Of a stretch of DNA of 45,826 bases, positions 10,289 to 19,191 are shown piece after piece. Below the pieces are notes generated by a model. That model saw only the letters and a program-made list of their open reading frames with translations. It made no database searches and had not been told where the DNA came from. Each line of letters opens with the position of its first letter. Within the stretch, counting starts at the first letter, position 1. The translations under genes and the position numbers were made by a program. This DNA is from a bacterium (GTDB lineage: Bacteria; Patescibacteriota; Microgenomatia; Levybacterales; UBA12049), in NCBI GenBank assembly GCA_021777565.1, contig JAJYDJ010000001.1, positions 314,856 to 360,681 on the forward strand, given 5' to 3'.

Positions 10289-10672
10289 ATGGCCGGATAT
10301 GTAGTAAATATCGAGGAAAAAACAGAAAGTAATGACAATTTCCGCCAGGTACTTTTTACTGCACCACATAGTCAATTGGTAGTGATGAGTTTGTTACCAA
10401 ATGAAGATATTGGTATGGAAGTGCATCCTGAAAACGATCAATTCATTCGTATTGAAAGTGGGATCGGACAGGCAATCCTGGATGGACAAACCTATGAAAT
10501 TGCAGAAGGGTTTGCAATTGTCATCCCTGCCGGAACGCAGCACAATATCGTGAATTCCTCACCAGATCAGAAGATGAAACTCTACACGGTATACAGCCCT
10601 GCTGATCATCGTGATGGAACCATTCATGCAACCAAAGCTGATGCAGTTGCAGATACTGAAGATCATCCATAG
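10289..10672 (+). CDS. Cupin domain protein
   Basis: Two cupin motifs (EVHPENDQFIRIESG; VIPAGTQHNIVN); SD-like GGGGGTG upstream. Confidence 0.9.
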   Translation: MAGYVVNIEEKTESNDNFRQVLFTAPHSQLVVMSLLPNEDIGMEVHPENDQFIRIESGIGQAILDGQTYEIAEGFAIVIPAGTQHNIVNSSPDQKMKLYTVYSPADHRDGTIHATKADAVADTEDHP

Positions 10673-10681
10673 AGCCTACCA

Positions 10682-11236
10682 TTACATCATGTGAGCAAAA
10701 ACGCGTGCCCCAAGGTACGCGAGGAGTAAGTTGCGCGCCAGTCTTCCACACGTGAGCCAGAACATAAATTTATACACAGGATATGCAAGTGCTCCAGAAA
10801 GAATGCCGACCGCATCAAAAAACGGATTAGGAATAAAGGCCAAGAGAAAGATAAGTGCCCCTCCAAATCTCTTCATCCATTGGGTTAGTATCACATAGCG
10901 CTGTCTTTCTCTATGGATAAGAATTTTATTCCCTGACAAACCAAGAATGTAGCTGACCATGTCCCCTGCGACTGATCCGAGACTGCTCACCAGTGCTACC
11001 AGAAGGGGTGAGTATACTGCCCCACCGGTGATGACCGTGACTGCACCAGGTGTTGGAAGAAAAACGGTTGCTGAACTCACCAAATTTGCCAAAAAAATGC
11101 CTAACAGTCCGAGTCCCTGGAGATGTTTGAGTTGCTCTCTGAAAAAGAAGATAAGTATAAGGCACAGTATTGTAACCAAAAGCACACCAATCCAGGCTAT
11201 TACTTGTTGACGAGTATTCAATATTTTCCTTGCCAT
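10682..11236 (-). CDS. DedA/VTT (SNARE-associated) membrane protein
   Basis: FLPTPG, GDMVSYILG and IPNPFFDAVGILSG patterns; multiple TM helices. Confidence 0.85.
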   Translation of the reverse strand: MARKILNTRQQVIAWIGVLLVTILCLILIFFFREQLKHLQGLGLLGIFLANLVSSATVFLPTPGAVTVITGGAVYSPLLVALVSSLGSVAGDMVSYILGLSGNKILIHRERQRYVILTQWMKRFGGALIFLLAFIPNPFFDAVGILSGALAYPVYKFMFWLTCGRLARNLLLAYLGARVFAHMM

Positions 11237-11262
11237 ATACTAAGTATAGCAAAGCATTCGTC

Positions 11263-11296
11263 GTCTGTTGACAGACATGCGTGTCGGGTATACGCT
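11263..11296 (+). promoter_or_regulatory. Sigma70-type promoter with a palindromic operator over the -35
   Basis: GTCTGT-TG-ACAGAC (11263-11276) contains TTGACA (11268-11273); TACGCT follows after 17 nt. Confidence 0.45.
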
Positions 11297-11319
11297 GAGG
11301 TCAGGAAGAAGGTGAGGGC

Positions 11320-11418
11320 ATGAAACAGGTCGTAGTCGCCGGGAGTATCCTGGTTGCAACCATCGTTTTTGGCTACACTGGATACGCACTCTATTTGAAA
11401 TTATTTAGATTATTTTAA
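11320..11418 (+). CDS. Small single-TM protein (32 aa): MKQVVVAGSILVATIVFGYTGYALYLKLFRLF
   Basis: Below the ORF-track cutoff; SD-like GAAGGTGAG upstream; one hydrophobic helix; lies in otherwise empty space. Confidence 0.55.
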   Translation: MKQVVVAGSILVATIVFGYTGYALYLKLFRLF

Positions 11419-11469
11419 GAATAACTTTCTAGTTATTTGTCTCTATATTGTCTATGCTACGATAGTAGT

Positions 11470-12651
11470 ATGAAAAAACGTTATTTTTCTGGACTATCAA
11501 AAAACACAGCTCTTCTTACCCTCACAAGTTTTTTTGCTGATATCTCAACCGAGATGCTCTACCCGATCTTTCCTGTCTTTCTCACTCAGCAGCTGCATGC
11601 GAGTGGTGGCGTGGTTGGGCTTATTGAAGGGATAGCCACAGCTACCCAGAATATCGTACAAGGCTTCTCAGGCTGGTATGCTGACCGCATCCAGAGGCGT
11701 AAACCCGTTGCGCTGCTGGGATATACCTTGGCTGCACTGGCAAAGCCGCTCATAGGCTTCTCCCCCATTTGGCAGACAGCACTAGGAGCTCGATTCTTAG
11801 ATAGATTTGGCACTGGCACCCGCTCTGCTCCACGAGACGGTTTGATCGCTGCCTCGGCAAAAGAAGAAAGCCGTGGTAAGGCATTTGGTCTAGAAGGGAT
11901 AGGAGATAACCTCGGCGCCTTTGTCGGCCCTCTGGTCACGGTAGTGCTTCTGGTCACCCTGCACCCGGCACTACGCACGATTTTTTACCTGACGTGTATC
12001 CCAGGCTTTCTGGCTGTCTTTATGATCATACTGGTGAAAGAAGGCAAGCCTGTTGGCATAGTAACACGCGCCGTGAGCGTACGTCTGAGCTCATTTTCCC
12101 GTGCGTACTGGGTGTATCTGGCTATCACTTTTGTCATAGGCATGAGTATGTTTAGTACCTCTTTTCTGATCCTTCGTACTAAAGAGCTTGGGGTTCCTTT
12201 AACGGTTACGATTCTCATCTACGCAGGTTTCAATCTCGTAGCTGCCCTTGCATCCTATCCAGCGGGCTACCTGGCTGATCTACTGGGGCGTAAATGGGTT
12301 TTTGTTGTAGGGCTTACTACATTACTGGCCAGCTATCTAGGATTTGCCCTGACCACTAATCTGTTGGTTCTGGCAGTCTTGTTTATCCTCTATGGAGTCT
12401 ATCAAGGCATGTTCAGGGCCGTAGGTAAGGCCATGGCTACCGACTATGTCACGCCTAGCCTTCGTGCCAGTGGGGTTGGCTGGTATGCCAGTGTCATCGG
12501 TGTCTCAGGTCTGGTGGCAAGCATCGTGGCTGGCCAATTATGGGATAAGCTCAGCCACCCCAGCGTGTTCGTTTTTGGTATCCTCTGTGCAACACTAGGC
12601 ACGATTTTCCTCATGATATTCGTGCCGAATAGGGCTCCAAAAACCGCATAA
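11470..12651 (+). CDS. MFS transporter
   Basis: About 12 TM helices; motif A-like GWYADRIQRRK and GYLADLLGRK; DRFGTGTRSAPRD. Confidence 0.92.
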   Translation: MKKRYFSGLSKNTALLTLTSFFADISTEMLYPIFPVFLTQQLHASGGVVGLIEGIATATQNIVQGFSGWYADRIQRRKPVALLGYTLAALAKPLIGFSPIWQTALGARFLDRFGTGTRSAPRDGLIAASAKEESRGKAFGLEGIGDNLGAFVGPLVTVVLLVTLHPALRTIFYLTCIPGFLAVFMIILVKEGKPVGIVTRAVSVRLSSFSRAYWVYLAITFVIGMSMFSTSFLILRTKELGVPLTVTILIYAGFNLVAALASYPAGYLADLLGRKWVFVVGLTTLLASYLGFALTTNLLVLAVLFILYGVYQGMFRAVGKAMATDYVTPSLRASGVGWYASVIGVSGLVASIVAGQLWDKLSHPSVFVFGILCATLGTIFLMIFVPNRAPKTA

Positions 12652-12667
12652 AATAGACCTATAAAAC

Positions 12668-12696
12668 TTGACAAAGAGGCCTATATTTGTTATTAT
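12668..12696 (+). promoter_or_regulatory. Sigma70 promoter of the VanW gene
   Basis: TTGACA (12668-12673), 17 nt spacer, TATTAT (12691-12696). Confidence 0.65.
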
Positions 12697-12737
12697 GCGA
12701 GGGTCAGATCTTACTCGTACGTATCTGGCACCTCCCT

Positions 12738-13385
12738 ATGTTTTCAAGTTTCCTTATTGGTATTGGCCTCTTGTCGGCTGTCAACGTTATCTCACCTACT
12801 CCACAGGCACAGCCTCCGGTAGTAGTAGCAGAGCATGTTATGCCACTTGATGATAGATATCCTGTAAAAAGTGTCAGTGATGTCTTTAAAGACAACATTC
12901 TTCTGACTCTTGCTTATTTGAGAGGTACTGTCAAAGACGGTTCTAAGATCGACTGGACTGATGTTGAAAAGCCATTTACCTATAGCTTTACCCTCCAGCC
13001 TGGACAAGTGTTCGCTTTCCATCAGGACGTCCTGCCACAATACGCTGGCGAGGTTGCTGTTACCACGCATGCCCATTTTAATAGTACTGATGGCTTTAAG
13101 TCTGACGGCTATTTGGTTGGAGACGGTGTCTGTCATTTGGCTTCTTTGTTTAACTGGGTTGGTAAAGAATCTGGGCTTGAGACCGTTGCCCCAACCAACC
13201 ATGACTTTGCTGTCATTCCTGACGTACCTAAAAAGTTTGGTGCTGCTATCTATTTTGATCCAGGAAGTACGGCTGGTAACGCACAGCAAAACGTGTACAT
13301 CAAAAATACACGCTCAGAGCCCGTTACCTTTGTCATCACTTACAAAAATGACGTGTTGACCCTGGACATTACTCAGGCTCAATAA
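12738..13385 (+). CDS. VanW family exported protein
   Basis: GDGVCHLASLFN...GLE...NHDF...NVYIKN fits the VanW pattern; signal peptide from ATG 12738. Confidence 0.8.
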   Translation: MFSSFLIGIGLLSAVNVISPTPQAQPPVVVAEHVMPLDDRYPVKSVSDVFKDNILLTLAYLRGTVKDGSKIDWTDVEKPFTYSFTLQPGQVFAFHQDVLPQYAGEVAVTTHAHFNSTDGFKSDGYLVGDGVCHLASLFNWVGKESGLETVAPTNHDFAVIPDVPKKFGAAIYFDPGSTAGNAQQNVYIKNTRSEPVTFVITYKNDVLTLDITQAQ

Positions 13386-13429
13386 TCCCCTTGCTTTTGT
13401 GTGATCTTCTTCTCTATGCTAATAAGAGG

Positions 13430-14206
13430 ATGGCCAAAACAAGAAAAACCACTCGGGTAGTCCACAGAGCGAAAAAAGAAAAACCCCAATCGCGTCGTTT
13501 CCCTTTAATGGTTAAGCTTGGCACCTCACTTTTTGTGTTTGGTGCTTTTTTTATGGCTTCATATCTGATTATGCAGCTTACTCAGAAGCCATTCTGTGCC
13601 AACTCCATCACGTGTATCAGTAACTTGTCAGTGCAAGTAGATAATGGTGCCGTTGGGACCTTTGAAGGTCATAAGATAATGCCACCTCCTATTAATTTAG
13701 CCGATGATCTGGTGTCCAGTGCCGTACTAGGTGCAAGTACCAGTGGTGAAAAACATGTCTATGTTGATCTCTCTACCCAAAAACTCTTTGCCTATGAAGG
13801 GACAAATCAAATTTTTCACACCTTTATCTCAAGTGGCAAGTGGCATGTCACCCCACCAGGAGATTATCGTATCTGGATTAAACTTCGTGCAACCCGTATG
13901 GCAGGAGGTTCAGGTGCTGATGCGTATGATCTGCCGAATGTCCCCTATACAATGTTTTTCTATAACAGCCAGGTTCCAAAATCTGCTGGGTTCAGTCTGC
14001 ATGGGGCGTACTGGCATGACAATTTTGGCCATCCGATGAGTCATGGATGCGTGAATATGCGAAGCGTTGATGCCAAAGTGATCTATGATTGGGCTGATCC
14101 ACAGACTACTGGATACACAACGTATGCCAGCAGTGAAAATCCAGGTACCATTGTCTCAATTTGTAATACCTTTGATGAAGCGACACAGAATTGTGTTGAA
14201 AATTAA
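13430..14206 (+). CDS. L,D-transpeptidase (YkuD family), membrane-anchored
   Basis: VYVDLSTQKL, TPPG, FSLHGAYWHDNFGHPMSHGCVNM (HxxC catalytic motif). Confidence 0.92.
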   Translation: MAKTRKTTRVVHRAKKEKPQSRRFPLMVKLGTSLFVFGAFFMASYLIMQLTQKPFCANSITCISNLSVQVDNGAVGTFEGHKIMPPPINLADDLVSSAVLGASTSGEKHVYVDLSTQKLFAYEGTNQIFHTFISSGKWHVTPPGDYRIWIKLRATRMAGGSGADAYDLPNVPYTMFFYNSQVPKSAGFSLHGAYWHDNFGHPMSHGCVNMRSVDAKVIYDWADPQTTGYTTYASSENPGTIVSICNTFDEATQNCVEN

Positions 14207-14208
14207 TT

Positions 14209-14844
14209 ATGACAACAGCACGAAAATTTATTGAAATTGATACGATTATCTTTCTTGTAGTAGCGGCAATCGCAGGTGTCTACTTTGCATACTTTTTTCA
14301 CCAGACACCATTTCACCTTATGAGTGGGGTACCCAGTCAGGAGCCTATGGTCTCGCCAACCAATCCACCTGCGCCTACTCCAGTGACCTCCTCACAAGTA
14401 TCTCCTGATGGTACAAAGAAAATTACGTTGCAAACACTGCAACAATCAGGAGTAAATGCCTACAGTGTGTCCATTGCCAATGCGGATGATTCCAACAGTT
14501 CTGTTGTGTATACTGCCACCGGCTCGGCAACTGAGCACTGGCAAGTACCATTTAACACCTGGTCCCCTGATAATAACTACTATTTCCTGGAAGACGTAAC
14601 ACCCAATGGTATTAACGCTTTGGTGTTTAAAGCCTCAGGCAAAACCTTTGCTAACGATCAACCATATCTCAATGTGACTGAGGAATTTAAAAATCGTGAA
14701 CCAAATTATAACTATACTGAGACCACTGGATGGGCATCAGAGACGCTTCTTATTGTGAACTCTACTAATAAAAGTGGCGATAAGCAGTCATTCTGGTTTG
14801 AAGTACCGAGTAAGGCAATTATTCCACTTGCCACCGATTTCTGA
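14209..14844 (+). CDS. Membrane-anchored extracellular hypothetical protein
   Basis: N-terminal TM, Pro/Thr-rich linker, beta-rich domain; 2 nt after the L,D-transpeptidase stop. Confidence 0.75.
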   Translation: MTTARKFIEIDTIIFLVVAAIAGVYFAYFFHQTPFHLMSGVPSQEPMVSPTNPPAPTPVTSSQVSPDGTKKITLQTLQQSGVNAYSVSIANADDSNSSVVYTATGSATEHWQVPFNTWSPDNNYYFLEDVTPNGINALVFKASGKTFANDQPYLNVTEEFKNREPNYNYTETTGWASETLLIVNSTNKSGDKQSFWFEVPSKAIIPLATDF

Positions 14845-14866
14845 TCTATTCTGATATAATACCTTC

Positions 14867-15580
14867 ATGGATGTACGACTTGATAGTTATTTAGCACACC
14901 TAGGCGTGGCTTCTCGGCGTGGGATAGCAGACGCACTGAAGCGAAAAACAGTGACCGTGAATGATGTGCGTATCCTTGAACCAGGGGTGCGTGTTGATCC
15001 TGCGAAAGACAGGATACTGGTTGACGGTCGAGTGCTCAGTAAGCCAAAGTTTTTATACTACCTGGTAAATAAGCCGGTTGGTATCGTCTCAACGGTTATG
15101 GATGAAAAGCATCGTAAAAGTGTTCGTTCTTTGGTGCCAAAACCAGGACGCATCTATCCAGTAGGGCGTCTGGATAAAGATACCTCAGGGCTTATTATTT
15201 TAACGAACGATGGTGAATTAACGAATAAATTGACGCATCCACGATTTCACGTAGCCAAAACCTATAGACTCACGATCAAAGGACTTCTTTTTGCAGAAAA
15301 ACTTGAAAAACTGCGTACTGGAGTGAGACTTGATGATGGGATGACACTGCCTGCTCGAGTCGTGGTGAAAAAAGATACCAAGGCAGAGACCATCGCAGAT
15401 ATGACTATTACTGAGGGACGTAATCGTCAGATTAGGCGCATGTGTGAAATGCTGCGTATTCCCCTTATCTCTTTGCAGCGGGTACAATTTGGTCCTATCG
15501 CACTTGATAAACTTCCTGAAGGGAAATATCGCGAGTTATCACGAAAAGAAGTAGAAGCATTATATGCTTCTGTTAAATAA
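14867..15580 (+). CDS. rRNA pseudouridine synthase, RsuA/RluB/RluE/RluF family
   Basis: N-terminal S4 domain; GRLDKDTSGLIILTNDG; EGRNRQIRRM. Confidence 0.93.
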   Translation: MDVRLDSYLAHLGVASRRGIADALKRKTVTVNDVRILEPGVRVDPAKDRILVDGRVLSKPKFLYYLVNKPVGIVSTVMDEKHRKSVRSLVPKPGRIYPVGRLDKDTSGLIILTNDGELTNKLTHPRFHVAKTYRLTIKGLLFAEKLEKLRTGVRLDDGMTLPARVVVKKDTKAETIADMTITEGRNRQIRRMCEMLRIPLISLQRVQFGPIALDKLPEGKYRELSRKEVEALYASVK

Positions 15581-16229
15581 CCATTAAGTCTGCATTGGTC
15601 TCCAGCCATTTTTTATGTTGTCTATAAGCCGGAGTATATTTCCTGACAATTGCCCAGAACGCATTGCTATGATTGTGCTCTATCGTGTGAGCAAGCTCGT
15701 GGATAATGACATAATCAATTACCATCAAAGGTGCCATGATCAGCCGCCAACGAAATTGCAGTCTATTATCATGGGTGCATGATCCCCACTTAGAAATAGT
15801 ATCGGAAAACATGAGACTTGTGTACGTTGTCCCCATCTTCTCGGCATGGTATTTGACCCTTTCAGTTATTTTCTCTTTTGCTTTTTTGATATACCAATTG
15901 GTTAATTCTTTTTGCACACGAAATTTCAGTATCTGTGGAACATTTAGTCTATCAGTAAGTGAAATTTCTTGATAATTACCAAAATGAAGTGGATATTCTT
16001 TGCCTAAGAATAAAAATGATTCGTCCTCGAGGTATTCACGTTTATGTACTTTGGGATGGGAGTGCATTTTCTCCACGGCTTTCTCTATCCACTCACGCTT
16101 CTCTTCTAAAAATCTTTCAATAAAAAAAAGTGGCATCAAACGTGGCGCATGAACGATGATTTCTCCATCTCTATTAATACTTACGCTAATACTACTTCGG
16201 TGTGCACGAATGAGTTTGTAATTGTGCAT
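15573..16229 (-). CDS. YgjP/DUF45 (M48-like, SprT-related) metal-dependent hydrolase
   Basis: KWGSC, DYVIIHELAH, HNHSNAFW; start refined to ATG 16229. Confidence 0.9.
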   Translation of the reverse strand: MHNYKLIRAHRSSISVSINRDGEIIVHAPRLMPLFFIERFLEEKREWIEKAVEKMHSHPKVHKREYLEDESFLFLGKEYPLHFGNYQEISLTDRLNVPQILKFRVQKELTNWYIKKAKEKITERVKYHAEKMGTTYTSLMFSDTISKWGSCTHDNRLQFRWRLIMAPLMVIDYVIIHELAHTIEHNHSNAFWAIVRKYTPAYRQHKKWLETNADLMVI

Positions 16230-16288
16230 GGGGTGATTGTAGCATATCCCCTTGACTCCAAAGCTGTTTTCAGGATACGATAGTACAC

Positions 16289-16840
16289 ATGCCAGAAGCG
16301 AAAGATATCTGTCCAAAATGTGGTGCACCACTTGGTGAGATCACAGTTACATCCACAGGGAAAAAACTCCAACGCTGCTCCAAAGGCTCATGGGACAGTG
16401 CTACCAAACAAAATATTGGCTGTGACTATGTGAAGTGGCTTGAAGTAGAACCTCAAGAACTTGATGAGAAATGTCCAAAATGTGGCTCTCCATTGATGAT
16501 GGTCGTGACACGATTTGGCAAAAAAATGAAAAAATGTTCAACTGGTGGCTGGGATAGTGCAACCAAAAAAGCAACAGGATGTGACTATGTAGAGTGGATT
16601 AATGGGAGTAGTGAACCTCTTGATGAAGAGTGCCCTGAATGTGGGTCAAAATTAGTTTTGTTCACGACCAATGCTGGAAAGAAAATGAAGAAATGTTCAA
16701 CTGCTGGATGGGATAGCAAGAAACGCCAGGCAACAGGATGCACCTATATTCAGTGGCTTAAACCTGGTGAATATCCAGTGAAAGATAATGTTGATAATGC
16801 TGGTGAAGAATTCCTCCCTCCAGAACCAGACGAAGAGTAA
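16289..16840 (+). CDS. Stand-alone protein of three topoisomerase-type C4 zinc-ribbon repeats
   Basis: Three CPxCG...GKK...CS...WD...GCxYxxW units with 162 and 159 nt periods. Confidence 0.8.
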   Translation: MPEAKDICPKCGAPLGEITVTSTGKKLQRCSKGSWDSATKQNIGCDYVKWLEVEPQELDEKCPKCGSPLMMVVTRFGKKMKKCSTGGWDSATKKATGCDYVEWINGSSEPLDEECPECGSKLVLFTTNAGKKMKKCSTAGWDSKKRQATGCTYIQWLKPGEYPVKDNVDNAGEEFLPPEPDEE

Positions 16841-16841
16841 C

Positions 16842-17168
16842 TTATTTTACTTCAAATAATTCTATTTCAAAAATGAGTGTGGCAAACCCTGGGATTGGGC
16901 CGGAACCGTATTTCCCGTACGCCATATCATAGGGAATAGTTAGTTTTCTTACTCCACCCTCTTTCATGCCGATGATGCCTTCATCCCATCCACGAATAAC
17001 ATATCCCATGCCAATTTTCGTTGTAAATTTTTGATCACGATCCTTGGAGCTATCAAATTTGGTCCCATCAGTGAGCCATCCAGTGTAGTGCACGGTGACA
17101 CTGTCCCCTGTTTTTACTTCCTTCCCGGTACCAACTTTGACGTCTTCGATCTTGAGTTTCTCTTCCAT
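16842..17168 (-). CDS. FKBP-type peptidyl-prolyl cis-trans isomerase
   Basis: VTVHYTGWLTDGTKFDSS, VIRGWDEGIIGMKEGG, ATLIFEIEL; start refined to ATG 17168. Confidence 0.95.
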   Translation of the reverse strand: MEEKLKIEDVKVGTGKEVKTGDSVTVHYTGWLTDGTKFDSSKDRDQKFTTKIGMGYVIRGWDEGIIGMKEGGVRKLTIPYDMAYGKYGSGPIPGFATLIFEIELFEVK

Positions 17169-17181
17169 ATAAATATTGTAC

Positions 17182-17631
17182 CTATGATTTGTGTTGAGGT
17201 AAATAGGTCGTAATAAGCCAATTTTGAAATTCTTCAGAATACAGCGTAATGGATGGAATTTTTTCAATATCCAGCCACAGCGGCTCATAAAAATTCTCTG
17301 AATCTCTTGCCATTTTTTCTTTTTCTGGTCCCTCCCCAATCGATGGAATACCACTCACATATCTGCACAAATAGGTTAATTTTTTGGCACGATCAGGTGA
17401 GTTAAGTTCAAAAATTTTTTCTTCAACCGTGACAGTGACACTCGTCTCTTCTAAGACTTCACGTTTTACTCCTTCCTCAGGCGTCTCATCATCTTCCCAT
17501 CCTCCACCAGGGAGTACGTAGTATTCCTTACCTTTTTTGATGCGATGTACCAGAAGTATCTTATCATCATGCAGGACAAGCCCTTCGACTCGAATACCGT
17601 GTGGAAAATCGGGTGAAATATGTCGTGGCAT
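17182..17631 (-). CDS. NUDIX hydrolase
   Basis: PGGGWEDDETPEEGVKREVLEET; start refined to ATG 17631. Confidence 0.88.
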   Translation of the reverse strand: MPRHISPDFPHGIRVEGLVLHDDKILLVHRIKKGKEYYVLPGGGWEDDETPEEGVKREVLEETSVTVTVEEKIFELNSPDRAKKLTYLCRYVSGIPSIGEGPEKEKMARDSENFYEPLWLDIEKIPSITLYSEEFQNWLITTYLPQHKS

Positions 17632-17679
17632 AGGTAAAGTATAACACATATAGGCCGTCAATATGGTATAATCGCAGAC

Positions 17680-18483
17680 ATGCTCTCCCCTGATGCAACC
17701 TATGATAGTACTGGCGTGTCTATACACCTGCCTGTGACTGAGCCTCGCATGCCGGATGATGGTCGAGTCATCCCTGCTCTTCGTCGTGGGGACCTGAGTG
17801 ATGTCCAGATTGATCCCAGTAATATAGAGCATGTGAAACAAGGACAACCTATCCCGGGGCTTAAAGAAATTACTCGTATGGACATTACTGATGGGACGCC
17901 ATGTTATATTATGGGTCAGCACAGTAGTGTGCTATTCGCCCTGGCAGAAGCACTCCATGAAGGAAAAATCCAAGTGCCAGTAACTTTAATTAATGCAGAT
18001 ATGCACGGAGACTACACTCCCCCAAGACGTCCTACATATTTGATTGATCCTGCGACGTTTCGTGACCTGACGCGTATGGCTGTTTTGAATCGTCAGACTG
18101 ATATTGATGAGTTCATCTATGTAGCGCAACTGATGCAAATGGTTGATACCGTTGTTTGGATAGACTCTGAGTTTGCGGCAGATAATCAACCAACTGAATT
18201 GGATCTTTCACACGGCCCTGGGCCATTACTCCAGAGTAGATGGCAAGGAGAGCATGTACAGCGCATCCTACGTGGTGAAATACCAAGAGAACGGGTAGCC
18301 GTAACGATCGATATTGATTACTTTACCAATATGACAGATGCTGATGAGATTGAGCGTGAAATGGTTAAGATGCGTGAGCTGATTGCTCATGCAGGCGTAG
18401 TCATGATTGCGACCAGTCCAGGATATATCGATCAACAGAGAGCAATAGAGTTAACAAAACAACTTCTATCACCTCTGGTGTAA
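17680..18483 (+). CDS. UPF0489-like protein (arginase/deacetylase fold)
   Basis: QHSSVL, LINADMHGD, TIDIDYF and IATSPGY match my recollection of the family motifs. Confidence 0.6.
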   Translation: MLSPDATYDSTGVSIHLPVTEPRMPDDGRVIPALRRGDLSDVQIDPSNIEHVKQGQPIPGLKEITRMDITDGTPCYIMGQHSSVLFALAEALHEGKIQVPVTLINADMHGDYTPPRRPTYLIDPATFRDLTRMAVLNRQTDIDEFIYVAQLMQMVDTVVWIDSEFAADNQPTELDLSHGPGPLLQSRWQGEHVQRILRGEIPRERVAVTIDIDYFTNMTDADEIEREMVKMRELIAHAGVVMIATSPGYIDQQRAIELTKQLLSPLV

Positions 18484-18486
18484 GGG

Positions 18487-19155
18487 TTATTTACAGCTTC
18501 GAAAGCCTCCCGTGAAGAAATCCAAAAATGCTGAAAGTGTCCATCCATTATGTCGAGCCAAAAAGAGATGGCCACACGCGTTGGTTTCTTTGTTATCAGG
18601 TCCAGTAATAGCGATAACTTTCTCATAGTCCATGATCGCGGCAGGTCTGTCGATTTGGTAGTAATAGTTATGAATATCTCCCCTGTTCATGAGTGCTTGT
18701 ACATAATTTGGGTTTAACGTCAGCGCTTTATTGAGATCAGTCAAAGCTGATTGAAAGTTTCTCAGACGCATATAGGTATAGGCACGATTGTTATACGCTT
18801 GTGGAAAACTAGGATTTAACATGATGGCCTTGGTGTAGTCTTTCACTGCCTGCTGACAATCCCCACGATCATAGTCATAGTTCCCTTGTGCAAAATAATC
18901 TTCAAATGTTGTTAGCTGGACTGGAGGCTGGGATGATGCGATGTGAAATGATGAACATTGGATGTCAGGTTGGCTCATGGAACTATAGACACCGAGACCA
19001 ATGACCAAAAAGAGTGCAGACAGCACGAATCCACTCATGACAAGTGATTTTCTTGTGGCATGCTTGAGCTTCATATGGTTAAGTACGAAATACGCGACAA
19101 AGTAGAAAAGGATGGAGACGACAATGGCAACCAGAACAATAAACAGAAGCTTCAT
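18487..19155 (-). CDS. Membrane-anchored TPR protein
   Basis: Two N-terminal TM helices then three TPRs (AYNNRAYTY...ALTDLNKALTLNP). Confidence 0.88.
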   Translation of the reverse strand: MKLLFIVLVAIVVSILFYFVAYFVLNHMKLKHATRKSLVMSGFVLSALFLVIGLGVYSSMSQPDIQCSSFHIASSQPPVQLTTFEDYFAQGNYDYDRGDCQQAVKDYTKAIMLNPSFPQAYNNRAYTYMRLRNFQSALTDLNKALTLNPNYVQALMNRGDIHNYYYQIDRPAAIMDYEKVIAITGPDNKETNACGHLFLARHNGWTLSAFLDFFTGGFRSCK

Positions 19156-19191
19156 CTAGAAGTAGTATATCACGAGGATGCAAGAGGGAGA

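Noticed and set aside
7591-13385. Antibiotic-resistance interpretation of the beta-lactamase-like and VanW genes
   Set aside because: No van ligase or regulator genes are present and no clear Glu166 is seen. These families are common wall-associated proteins.
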